64,000 bases of DNA from the IMG/VR virus record IMGVR_UViG_3300022602_000027. One strand, written 5' to 3'. Under the pieces are notes generated by a model, which was not told where the DNA came from, did no database searches, and was given only the letters and a program-made list of their open reading frames with translations. Below, piece by piece: positions 36,287 through 44,382 of this stretch. The first letter of the stretch is position 1; the number at the start of each line of letters is the position of its first letter. The DNA comes from a virus. Taxonomy: Duplodnaviria; Caudoviricetes. Made by a program: the position numbers and the translations under genes.

Positions 36287-37124
36287 TATCTTTCAGTTGT
36301 TGAATGATTGAAGGATCAACTACAGTAGTTGGTTTAATTTTAATTACTGATACGAATCTGCCTTTAAATCCAGTGTTCACATTTGGAAATCCTGTACCAC
36401 TACTAGCAAACTCAGTACCATGTTCAATACCCGGGCGGACTTCTAAATCTAATTGAACTCCATCTAAGTTTTTAACTTTCTTTCTAGTTCCAATCATAGC
36501 TTCAATTGGACTAATTTCTACATTGTGATATAAGTCATCTCCTCGGCGTTCATAATTAGGATCAGGCTGAACTAAAATAGTAACATTTAAATTACCACGT
36601 GGTGAACCTGGAAGACTATCATCACCTAATCCAGGATAACGAATAGTATCTCCGTGACTTACACCGGGCGGCACATTAATTACTACATTTTGATTTCGTC
36701 CGCTTGGTAATCTATAATTTGCTTCTAGTTGCTTTCCTTTGTATGAATCGACAAAACTAACAGAACATTGAATATTTAAATCTCGATTACGGCGCATACC
36801 TTGCGCACGATGCATTTGTCCGAATATATCTCCAAATGGGTTTGCACCGCCAAACCCTTGTCCAAACATATGACCAAACGGATCAAAACCGCCACCAGTG
36901 TTAAACTGGAACTGTGGTCCAGCACCAAATTGACGTTGTTGATCGTATTCGGCTTTCTTTTGTGGGTCGCTTAGATTTTCATAAGCAACACTAATATCTT
37001 TAAATTTAGCTTGGTCTCCACCTTTATCCGGATGATGTTTATTAGCCAAGCTTCTATATGCTTTCTTTATTTCTTCAGGTGTAGCGTTTTCGTTAACACC
37101 TAGTGTTTGGTAATAATCAGTCAT
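36258..37124 (-). CDS. dnaJ: DnaJ-class co-chaperone (type II, CbpA-like, no Zn finger)
   Basis: J-domain with HHPDKGG, G/F-rich linker, C-terminal [10 protein letters not shown]...RGNL and RRGDDL. Confidence 0.9.
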   Translation of the reverse strand: MTDYYQTLGVNENATPEEIKKAYRSLANKHHPDKGGDQAKFKDISVAYENLSDPQKKAEYDQQRQFGAGPQFQFNTGGGFDPFGHMFGQGFGGANPFGDIFGQMHRAQGMRRNRDLNIQCSVSFVDSYKGKQLEANYRLPSGRNQNVVINVPPGVSHGDTIRYPGLGDDSLPGSPRGNLNVTILVQPDPNYERRGDDLYHNVEISPIEAMIGTRKKVKNLDGVQLDLEVRPGIEHGTEFASSGTGFPNVNTGFKGRFVSVIKIKPTTVVDPSIIQQLKDIDARISQRT

Positions 37125-37130
37125 AGTCGT

Positions 37131-37184
37131 AAAAAAGCTCCAAATAATAATAGTAATTATACTATCTTACTTGGAGCTTGTCAA
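37131..37184 (-). promoter_or_regulatory. sigma70 promoter TTGACA-17-TATAAT overlapping a long terminator-like hairpin plus U5
   Basis: -35 at 37179-37184, -10 at 37156-37161; hairpin 37136-37178; T5 on the minus strand at 37131-37135. Confidence 0.7.
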
Positions 37185-37197
37185 GTTTTTGAGTTGT

Positions 37198-37386
37198 TTA
37201 TTTTTTCTTTTTAGCTGGTGCTACTGTATCTGGCTTAGTATCTGCCATTTTTTCACCGTCTAATTTTTTGTGATGTTTAACTTCTTTTTTAGCTGGTGCT
37301 GGTTTCTTAGCTGTTTCTGCATGAGACATTTCGAAACATACTAATGACCAAACTACAATGTTTAATGCGATTAAAAACTTTTTCAT
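37198..37386 (-). CDS. small secreted basic protein (62 aa)
   Basis: Signal-peptide-like N-terminus; K/P/A-rich tail. Confidence 0.6.
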   Translation of the reverse strand: MKKFLIALNIVVWSLVCFEMSHAETAKKPAPAKKEVKHHKKLDGEKMADTKPDTVAPAKKKK

Positions 37387-37397
37387 TTTATTTTTCC

Positions 37398-38027
37398 TTA
37401 AATTGCTGGTTGATCAAAAGTTGGAATAACTTTCTTTCCACTTGCGTTTACTGCTGGTGTTGTAGGCGCTGTTGTTGCAGGTGTGCTTCCAAACCCGCCT
37501 CCGCCAAAGCCACTTGCGGCTGGTGTTGATGTTGAACCAAAACCACCGCTGGAAGCACCGAAGCCTCCTGCTGAAGGAGCGCCAAATGCTGGAGCCCCGC
37601 CTGTTGATGAACCGAATCCGCCACTTGATGCTCCTCCAAAACCGCCAGATGAACCGCCAAATCCTCCGCCCATACCGCCTGACATTCCTGCTGGAACACC
37701 TGACATATTAGTATTGTTTGTCATTGTTTGACTTGTTGCTGTTGGATTAGCCGCTGTACCTGCTAGTTTTTCTTGTGTACGACCAAACGCACTAATACCT
37801 AATACCGCACCCATTGCAATATGGAATAACCCTGCACCTTGTAGTGTTAGTGGATTCCATTGTGTAATGGGCATGTGCATCATTGCTTGTAATAGAGACC
37901 ACAATATTGGAAATACTAGCATGTCTGCAAGACATATTAACATGTACATCCAACCCATTGCTGGACGCCAGTATTTCTGCATCCACTCAGCACCGCCACC
38001 TTTTTCTTCGTCTTTCTCTTCTGCCAT
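37398..38027 (-). CDS. holin-like membrane protein (3TM GTA-holin type) with FG-repeat tail
   Basis: WRPAMGW...AVLGISAFGRTQEK pattern with hydrophobic helices; adjacent to spanins and endolysin. Confidence 0.6.
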   Translation of the reverse strand: MAEEKDEEKGGGAEWMQKYWRPAMGWMYMLICLADMLVFPILWSLLQAMMHMPITQWNPLTLQGAGLFHIAMGAVLGISAFGRTQEKLAGTAANPTATSQTMTNNTNMSGVPAGMSGGMGGGFGGSSGGFGGASSGGFGSSTGGAPAFGAPSAGGFGASSGGFGSTSTPAASGFGGGGFGSTPATTAPTTPAVNASGKKVIPTFDQPAI

Positions 38028-38057
38028 AGTTCGCTCCTTTTGGCTTAATAGTAGTAT

Positions 38058-38318
38058 TTATTTCACGCTGTTGTAAATCTTCTTTTGGGTATTATACCAT
38101 TCAATCCAGCTGTCGTTATTGTCTTTACAAGCATAATACTGCCCATAATTATCTGCTACAACTGGTAATACTTCACTTAACTTAGTAGTGTCAGGTGATA
38201 GTTTTAAATCAGGGCAAGCATTTAACATATCTGCCGGAACATCCGGAAACTTTACAGTTATTGGAACTGAGCTACACCCAGATAATAGTAACGCACCTAT
38301 TAATAAGAGTCGGTTCAT
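38058..38318 (-). CDS. o-spanin (Rz1-like lipoprotein)
   Basis: Lipobox LLSGC; FPDVPADMLNACP; CKDNNDSWIEWY; follows the i-spanin. Confidence 0.75.
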   Translation of the reverse strand: MNRLLLIGALLLSGCSSVPITVKFPDVPADMLNACPDLKLSPDTTKLSEVLPVVADNYGQYYACKDNNDSWIEWYNTQKKIYNSVK

Positions 38319-38785
38319 TTTGCAGTTTCCTTTTTTACAGGGTTCATTGCGGCATCATTTAGATCTTTAATTGCTTCTGGAGCAACTTTGCACTCTGAAT
38401 CAATAATTTGTGTATCTTTTACAATGCGCTCTTTAACTGTAGTAATGTATTGTGTACGAACTTTAGCTTTTTTATTGCGCTCGTCTTGTAATTTAGCATT
38501 AGCGTCTTTACTAGCGGCTTCTGCTTTAGCTACTTTAGATTCTGCTTCAGCAACTTTAGCTCTCCAAGCCATTTCAGTATCATAGCCACCACGTAACCAT
38601 ACACCTAATACAAGTAGTGCAATACCTATTGGTTTTAATATACTTGTATATTTTCCATATATAGGAATAAACTTACCAAACCATCCGGCAAGCATTCCAG
38701 TAATACCTACTGCAATGATTGCCCAATATACCCAGTTTAGTATTGCATCTGGTATAATGCTAAACATCCACTGAATCTGTTCCAT
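38315..38785 (-). CDS. i-spanin (Rz-like)
   Basis: N-terminal TM helices, coiled coil, C-terminal Cys; between endolysin and lipoprotein. Confidence 0.7.
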   Translation of the reverse strand: MEQIQWMFSIIPDAILNWVYWAIIAVGITGMLAGWFGKFIPIYGKYTSILKPIGIALLVLGVWLRGGYDTEMAWRAKVAEAESKVAKAEAASKDANAKLQDERNKKAKVRTQYITTVKERIVKDTQIIDSECKVAPEAIKDLNDAAMNPVKKETAK

Positions 38786-38787
38786 TA

Positions 38788-39450
38788 TTAGCTCGTTAAA
38801 ATTTGATGTGCATTAGCTGTATGCTGTTGACGCTCTTCTAATCCAATAGTACCGCCATTAATCTTTTTAGTTAATCCAAGAACATCACCGTTATCAGCTA
38901 GGGCATTTAGATTATTACTTTCCCAGAACCAGCAAGCTGATTGAATAGCACCTTCAAATGTTCCTAAGAATTCAGGAATTTCATCAACAGGAGTATCAAT
39001 ACTTTCAGCAAATTTTTGGTAGTTTGCTTTGCCAGTTAACTGAATAAGTCCACGTCCGCAGTATTTCCAACCATCGCCACTGGCTTCATCGCCATTACCC
39101 ATACGTCCTGCGTATGCTCTGTTGGCAATTTGTTCTGGATGATGTGCATATTGATTGGCAATTTCTGGTGTTGGAAAATGACTATGCCATAGTTTCATTA
39201 GTGATTCTGCTTTGTAGTTTAAATTTTCTACAAGTAGTTTGTAACCACCACTTTCAACCATAGTCTGCCCTAAAAAGCAAGCAACACGTTCTACGGTGTT
39301 AATGTCATAATCGGGTAGTACCTTGCACAATGCTTCGTACCAGTGTTCACTATATGGGTTGTTTTGTAAAATTGCTGTACACTTTTCTTGTGTAAAATCA
39401 AATGTAAATCCGTCTGCCATTATTGTTTCCTTTTTAGTGCCACAGCCCAT
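38788..39450 (-). CDS. glycoside hydrolase family 19 endolysin
   Basis: RVACFLGQTMVESGG, YCGRGLIQLTGKANY, SACWFW and TKKINGG; real start probably MADGF at 39420. Confidence 0.9.
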   Translation of the reverse strand: MGCGTKKETIMADGFTFDFTQEKCTAILQNNPYSEHWYEALCKVLPDYDINTVERVACFLGQTMVESGGYKLLVENLNYKAESLMKLWHSHFPTPEIANQYAHHPEQIANRAYAGRMGNGDEASGDGWKYCGRGLIQLTGKANYQKFAESIDTPVDEIPEFLGTFEGAIQSACWFWESNNLNALADNGDVLGLTKKINGGTIGLEERQQHTANAHQILTS

Positions 39451-40142
39451 CCGCTGTTTTCAAATATGAAAGTATTGCCAACTTTGTTTATACCGTAGTT
39501 GCCAATGACTTTAGTTAAGAACATAACCTCTGCCATGTCCTTGCTCTCTAGCATGATCGGACCCTTGACCGTATCATATATATTTTGTTTGTTTCCACTA
39601 TTTACTATTTCAAATGTTACAGGACCGCTAAAAGTTCTTTGAAATGTTATATTTTCATCGAGAACTGTAATTTTATCTGCATAGCTACGTTTAAAAAATT
39701 CACTAAAATTATCTAACTTACTTTCTTCTGTGGCAATATTATATGCATTTTTATCTTGAGGTACAGTAGCTTCTAAATTTTCTACAGATGCTTCTTGGCT
39801 TTTAAAACTTTTAAAATAACGAAAACGCATTTCGTCTAAGCCTGTTAGTTTTTTAACACCTTCGACAATTTCAAATATTTGATCACCAATTTTTCGACTG
39901 CGTTCAATTTCAACGTATACACGATATTTTCCATCGTCAAGTTCGCCCGGAGTGCAATCTGCATCTAATACAAAATTAAAACCCATTTCGATAAAGTGTT
40001 CTAAATCCTTAGCAGGTTCTTCTTGATCCACAGTAAAACTTAGTACGCAAATGTCTTCATCGTCACCGATGTTACTTTTGAAACTATCAATTTCAAAAAC
40101 TTTCTTAACTAGATTTTTTAAATCACCTTCTCTTAAGCTCAT
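39420..40142 (-). CDS. hypothetical protein (240 aa)
   Basis: ORF track; begins MSLREG. Confidence 0.75.
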   Translation of the reverse strand: MSLREGDLKNLVKKVFEIDSFKSNIGDDEDICVLSFTVDQEEPAKDLEHFIEMGFNFVLDADCTPGELDDGKYRVYVEIERSRKIGDQIFEIVEGVKKLTGLDEMRFRYFKSFKSQEASVENLEATVPQDKNAYNIATEESKLDNFSEFFKRSYADKITVLDENITFQRTFSGPVTFEIVNSGNKQNIYDTVKGPIMLESKDMAEVMFLTKVIGNYGINKVGNTFIFENSGWAVALKRKQ

Positions 40143-40723
40143 ACTGGTGCTCCACCTGGTGCCGCTGGTGCGCCTCCTGGAGCTCCACCGGGTGCTGGAG
40201 CAGGTGCTGGAGCAGGTGCGCCTCCTGGAGCAGGTGCTGGTCCAGCTTGTGCTGGCTGTGATGAATCAGTTAATACAGCTTCTTTGTCATCATTGCGCAT
40301 CTTGTCCATGTAACCTTTATAGATATCAAAGGCAATTTTCTTTGGCATTTGCACTTCTACAATCCAAATAGGTTTGCGATCAAGTTTACCTTTTTTGCTA
40401 TTAGGGCGTAAATCGTCGGGACTTTTAATTTTACGTGGCTCTAGTAAGTGACTTTCTTGATACACTACTTTACAGCCTAATTCTGTTAATCGTTTGCCTG
40501 CTGTAGGGTTCGGCATCTTATCACGAGGCCACATAAAACCAGCAGTAATCCAATGGCGGTCTACTTTAGGACCATAGGCTAGTTCGCCATCTTCCCAATT
40601 TTCGTACGCATACATGTCCATTTCTTCAAACACACGTTCAAAGTCTTTTAGCACGGCTAAACTACTGTTGTTTTCGTAAAGTTCTTGTATATTGCGTATA
40701 ACATCTAAAATATCATGATGCAT
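40139..40723 (-). CDS. hypothetical protein with Pro/Ala/Gly tail (194 aa)
   Basis: ORF track. Confidence 0.75.
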   Translation of the reverse strand: MHHDILDVIRNIQELYENNSSLAVLKDFERVFEEMDMYAYENWEDGELAYGPKVDRHWITAGFMWPRDKMPNPTAGKRLTELGCKVVYQESHLLEPRKIKSPDDLRPNSKKGKLDRKPIWIVEVQMPKKIAFDIYKGYMDKMRNDDKEAVLTDSSQPAQAGPAPAPGGAPAPAPAPAPGGAPGGAPAAPGGAPV

Positions 40724-40815
40724 GATTTAGTCCTAGGTAATCTTATACTTTATTTAGCTGGATCAAAATCAGAACATATCAGATTACTTTTTTAGGTTAT
40801 TCAGTAAATAATAGT

Positions 40816-40876
40816 GTAGGACCTCTGTAGTTATCAGGGCGGTCACTACAAGTCCTACTTTAACAGTAGAGTAGGA
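40816..40876 (+). promoter_or_regulatory. structured 5' leader of phoH with alternative SD-sequestering pairing
   Basis: GTAGGAC/GTCCTAC and TGTAGT/ACTACA stems; TCCTACT is also complementary to AGTAGGA (SD); TAAATA at 40805-40810. Confidence 0.5.
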
Positions 40877-40885
40877 GCAACTTTA

Positions 40886-41605
40886 ATGAGTAAACAACGA
40901 GTGAAAAAGCGTTTTACGTCAGAAGTTAACATAATTGATTTTCAGCCATATCTTCCGGCAAAGAAGCAACGTGTGAGTATCACCGCACGAAATGCTAATC
41001 AGAAACTATACCTCCAAAAATTGTATGCAGAGCACACTAGCATAGTACTTGCTATTGGTCCTGCTGGCACGGGTAAAACTATGCTAGCCGTACAACATGG
41101 AATTAAAATGTTTCAGGAAGGGAAAGTTGACAAAATCGTTGTGACAAGACCCGCCGTTTCCGTAGATGAAGATTTAGGATTTTTACCAGGTGACTTAAAT
41201 GAAAAGATGGCACCATGGACTCGTCCTATATTTGACGTTTTAGGAGAGTATTATCAAAAGAAAGAGATAGCAGGAATGCTAGAGGAAGGAACTATTGAAA
41301 TAAGCCCACTTGCGTATATGCGTGGACGCACATTTAAAAACGCATACATAGTTGCAGATGAAATGCAAAATGCTACAGTAAATCAAATGAAAATGCTACT
41401 GACTCGTTTAGGAGAAGGGTCTAAGATGGTAGTGACAGGCGACTTAGCACAAGCAGACCGATTGAGCGATAACGGTTTGATTGATTTTTGCAAACTACTC
41501 GAAACAAAAGAATATTTGGAACATATTGACATTATTCAATTTGACGCCAAGGACATCGAACGCCATAATGCCGTGAAGGAGGTGTTAGCGGTTTATGGAG
41601 AATAA
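40886..41605 (+). CDS. phoH: PhoH-family ATPase
   Basis: GPAGTGKT, VVTRPAV, LGFLPG, PLAYMRGRTF, DEMQN and VTGDLAQAD. Confidence 0.95.
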   Translation: MSKQRVKKRFTSEVNIIDFQPYLPAKKQRVSITARNANQKLYLQKLYAEHTSIVLAIGPAGTGKTMLAVQHGIKMFQEGKVDKIVVTRPAVSVDEDLGFLPGDLNEKMAPWTRPIFDVLGEYYQKKEIAGMLEEGTIEISPLAYMRGRTFKNAYIVADEMQNATVNQMKMLLTRLGEGSKMVVTGDLAQADRLSDNGLIDFCKLLETKEYLEHIDIIQFDAKDIERHNAVKEVLAVYGE

Positions 41606-41613
41606 TAGGATGT

Positions 41614-41642
41614 AAAAAAAGGACTCTTCGGAGTCCTTTTTT
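41614..41642. terminator. bidirectional Rho-independent terminator
   Basis: A7-GGACTC-TTCG-GAGTCC-T6 between convergent phoH and clamp loader genes; cUUCGg tetraloop. Confidence 0.92.
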
Positions 41643-41645
41643 GTT

Positions 41646-42560
41646 TTACAAATGCCCTAACCTAATTAAGGTAGCGGCTAAGTTAATTTCTGGATCAATT
41701 ACCAGCGCATGGTCAACTGCGCCTTGTTTAATAATCAAGATAGCCTTTTCTTGCTTATCTTCTTCACCAAAAATTTCTACGTTATCATATAACCAACGAT
41801 AGATTTCTTCCATTTCTTCTGGAAGTGCTTGACTACAAACTAATTTACGTGCTTCACTAATTTTGCCTGCTTTAAACAACTCTACCATTTCAGTTCTATA
41901 ATCTAAACTTGATTCTAGAGTTTCAGGATTATGTAGTGTCCCATCCATACTGTTTTGTTGTAGGCTATTAATACATTTTCGCAAATCTGGATAAGCCGCA
42001 TCAACATATTTTAATAGTACTTCGTCTTCAAACGCAATATTTTCTTTCTTTAAAATACTTTCTACACGTTTGAAATATTCAACCATGTCAGTTTTGTTAA
42101 TCCTAATTGGTTGGCAACGACTATGAATTGCTGGAATAATTTTATTAGGATAGTTACAAGTTAAAATAAACCTAACTGTACTGCTGTACTCTTCCATTAA
42201 GTTACGAAGTGCAGGCTGTACTGAATGTAAATTCATATAATCTGCTTCGTCAATCAATACAATTTTAAAATCGCTAAATGGCATAGTTGAACAAAACATA
42301 ATAAGTTTGTCAACCCATTCAATTTTACGTCCTTCTTTCGAACCGTTAGCATACAGTACGTCTGAATCTTGTATACCTAATTTGTTAATTAGAATTTTAG
42401 CTAGGGTAGTTTTACCGACACCAGCATTACCACTAAACAACAAATGTGGAATACTTTCATCTTTAATCCAACTTTCAATCTGTGATTTTTGACTATCGTC
42501 AGCAAACACATATCCATCTAAAGTGTTGGGGCGATATTTTTCTACCCATAGCTCTTTCAT
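41646..42560 (-). CDS. clamp loader AAA+ subunit (RFC small / T4 gp44-like)
   Basis: LWVEKYRP, GNAGVGKTT, IDEAD and SRC motif; start moved to MKELW at 42560 (ATGA overlap). Confidence 0.92.
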   Translation of the reverse strand: MKELWVEKYRPNTLDGYVFADDSQKSQIESWIKDESIPHLLFSGNAGVGKTTLAKILINKLGIQDSDVLYANGSKEGRKIEWVDKLIMFCSTMPFSDFKIVLIDEADYMNLHSVQPALRNLMEEYSSTVRFILTCNYPNKIIPAIHSRCQPIRINKTDMVEYFKRVESILKKENIAFEDEVLLKYVDAAYPDLRKCINSLQQNSMDGTLHNPETLESSLDYRTEMVELFKAGKISEARKLVCSQALPEEMEEIYRWLYDNVEIFGEEDKQEKAILIIKQGAVDHALVIDPEINLAATLIRLGHL

Positions 42561-42799
42561 ACTAGTTCCTCGGCAATGCCTAAAATTTCTGCCAATACTA
42601 GAACTAGTCCTGCGCCTTGAATATACGGATTCATTTCTAACCATCCGCCACCTGCAAGTGCCAAACCTGCGGCAATTCTAAATCCGCTTTTAATCATACT
42701 AACACTAGTATGTGTAAAAAACTTACCACCTGGCAATGGTGCATCTAACAGTGCCTTTGCCTTTTTAATATCTTGTACTGCTTCTTCATGTGTACTCAT
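42557..42799 (-). CDS. small membrane protein (80 aa)
   Basis: ORF track; own promoter and SD AAGGAG; two hydrophobic helices. Confidence 0.7.
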   Translation of the reverse strand: MSTHEEAVQDIKKAKALLDAPLPGGKFFTHTSVSMIKSGFRIAAGLALAGGGWLEMNPYIQGAGLVLVLAEILGIAEELV

Positions 42800-42817
42800 A
42801 GATTTCTCCTTTAGCTT

Positions 42818-42855
42818 ATTATAAAGGTGAGAACAGGACTAGTCAATAGTCCTGT
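42818..42855 (-). promoter_or_regulatory. sigma70 promoter TTGACT-17-TATAAT with -35 in a hairpin loop
   Basis: -10 at 42818-42823, -35 at 42841-42846; stem ACAGGACT/AGTCCTGT at 42833-42855. Confidence 0.7.
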
Positions 42856-42866
42856 CGCTCAAAAGG

Positions 42867-43295
42867 TTAACGTGCAAACATATCAGGTGTAAATGTTTGT
42901 CCTTGTGCCTTTGTGTGTTGTCCAATTGTTTCCCATTCTTCTCCGGGCTTTTCATCTGAAACCATTAGGATTGCTTTAATATCTGCTCGACGAACAGTGA
43001 TTTCTTTTCCGTCATCATCATCTAAAGTAATACCGCGGGTCCAACGACCGTGCTCTAATAGTATCCAATCACCTACCTTGACATCTTTTTGTTCAGGGCC
43101 AATTGCCCAAACACGAGCCCAACGGTGACGAACGCCTTCTGTTTTACCATCGTCACTTAGTATAACAATGCCGCCTTTTGAAACTCTTCCGTCAAAATTC
43201 ATGTCAGTAACGAGAACGTTATCACGAATAGGTTTAAGTTTACCTTTTAATTTAGGTTTGTAACCTTCGTGCCCAATACCTTTTGATACTGCCAT
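42867..43295 (-). CDS. groES: co-chaperonin GroES-like
   Basis: LKPIRDNVLV, SKGGIVI, VWAIGP and VKVGDWIL. Confidence 0.85.
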   Translation of the reverse strand: MAVSKGIGHEGYKPKLKGKLKPIRDNVLVTDMNFDGRVSKGGIVILSDDGKTEGVRHRWARVWAIGPEQKDVKVGDWILLEHGRWTRGITLDDDDGKEITVRRADIKAILMVSDEKPGEEWETIGQHTKAQGQTFTPDMFAR

Positions 43296-43597
43296 TATTC
43301 GTTTCCTTCCGGATCTTGATTTGAAATATCTTTTTTAGCTGGTTTAGAAACTTGAGTTTCTTGCACAATTGGCTGTGCTACCGGTGTAGATTCTACAACT
43401 GGAGCATTAACTGCCGCTAATCGATCTGACATAATTTCTTCTCGAGTTTTAATAATTTGTCCACCTGGACCTAATTTATCACCACGAGCATTTACGTTAG
43501 CATTACCAACAGCTACAGCCATTTCGTTTTGCTTAACTAACTTCATCATGTCAACTTCTTTGCCACGTGCAGATCTATAAATTTGTTTTGTTGCCAT
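43295..43597 (-). CDS. hypothetical protein (100 aa)
   Basis: ORF track; SD AGGAG; YRSARGKEVDM and NARGD motifs. Confidence 0.75.
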   Translation of the reverse strand: MATKQIYRSARGKEVDMMKLVKQNEMAVAVGNANVNARGDKLGPGGQIIKTREEIMSDRLAAVNAPVVESTPVAQPIVQETQVSKPAKKDISNQDPEGNE

Positions 43598-43623
43598 ATT
43601 AATCTCCTAGATTATAGTTGTAC

Positions 43624-44133
43624 TTATCTCAGGAATTCCTGCCAGTCTAAATTATATTTGACTGAATCTATTTGGTGTACGCCCAGCAAGTACAGTACAA
43701 AACTGGCTACACTAGATCCACGTCCTACTCCCCAAACAATACCGTTAGCATTGCAGGTATCAACAAAATGTTTAGTCCATTGTAGTAATGGGATCATGCC
43801 ACGTTCTATATATGCGTTCATTTCATCCAATACTCTATCTCGTTGTTGCTGTGTAGTACAGCGGCTTAAACACCATTCTTCAACATTAAAATCTCGGTAT
43901 TCTTCAGGCATGAACCAATCTGATTGTAGTGCAGAATCAAAGTCTGCAATATCAATTGAATCTAACTGTTCATTAAATCGTTGGAATGTAAAACCAGCAG
44001 TCTTTTCTAACTGCTCAATATCTTCAGTGTAATCTACTGTGATATCTTTAAGGTTGGTTAACTTTCCTTGATAAAGGAATTTGAATATATCTACTGAATT
44101 AAAAATAGGATTACCGAATTTATCTAGACGCAT
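43624..44133 (-). CDS. stand-alone fragment of DNA polymerase III alpha (DnaE), ending before the catalytic PDxDxD
   Basis: RVLDEM...GIVWGVGRGSSVASFVLYLLGVHQIDSVKYNLDWQEFL aligns by eye to DnaE GPGRGS.AGSLVAY.L.IT..DP....L.FERFL. Confidence 0.75.
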   Translation of the reverse strand: MRLDKFGNPIFNSVDIFKFLYQGKLTNLKDITVDYTEDIEQLEKTAGFTFQRFNEQLDSIDIADFDSALQSDWFMPEEYRDFNVEEWCLSRCTTQQQRDRVLDEMNAYIERGMIPLLQWTKHFVDTCNANGIVWGVGRGSSVASFVLYLLGVHQIDSVKYNLDWQEFLR

Positions 44134-44139
44134 ATCAGC

Positions 44140-44168
44140 ATTTTAGCTGACATTTATAAGTTTGTCAA
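44140..44168 (-). promoter_or_regulatory. sigma70 promoter TTGACA-17-TAAAAT placing +1 on the ATG (leaderless)
   Basis: -35 at 44163-44168, -10 at 44140-44145; ATG A at 44133; no SD; TCAGC/GCTGA stem encloses the -10. Confidence 0.6.
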
Positions 44169-44382
44169 GACCTTTGTCTTTATTCATAGCCATTAATTTG
44201 TTCAAAGCGGCTTGTTGGCGTTTAGATTGCTCTTCTCTCAGACTATTAAGCATAGCAGACATTTGAGCTTGAACTCCGGGATTGTGAGTCATAAAATATT
44301 TTTTGGAAATATCTTGAATTTTGGCATCAAGTTCTTGATCCTTAAGTGATGCCAAATCGCCAGCTAACGGATGTAGTAACAT
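44143..44382 (-). CDS. hypothetical coiled-coil protein (79 aa)
   Basis: ORF track. Confidence 0.7.
   Translation of the reverse strand: MLLHPLAGDLASLKDQELDAKIQDISKKYFMTHNPGVQAQMSAMLNSLREEQSKRQQAALNKLMAMNKDKGLDKLINVS

Noticed and set aside
41646-42644. ORF-track start of the clamp loader at 42644 (similarly over-extended starts at 1990, 4705, 6887, 10049, 11436 and 18449)
   Set aside because: The extensions overlap upstream genes or promoters; internal ATGs with SD or stop/start overlap give family-typical N-termini.
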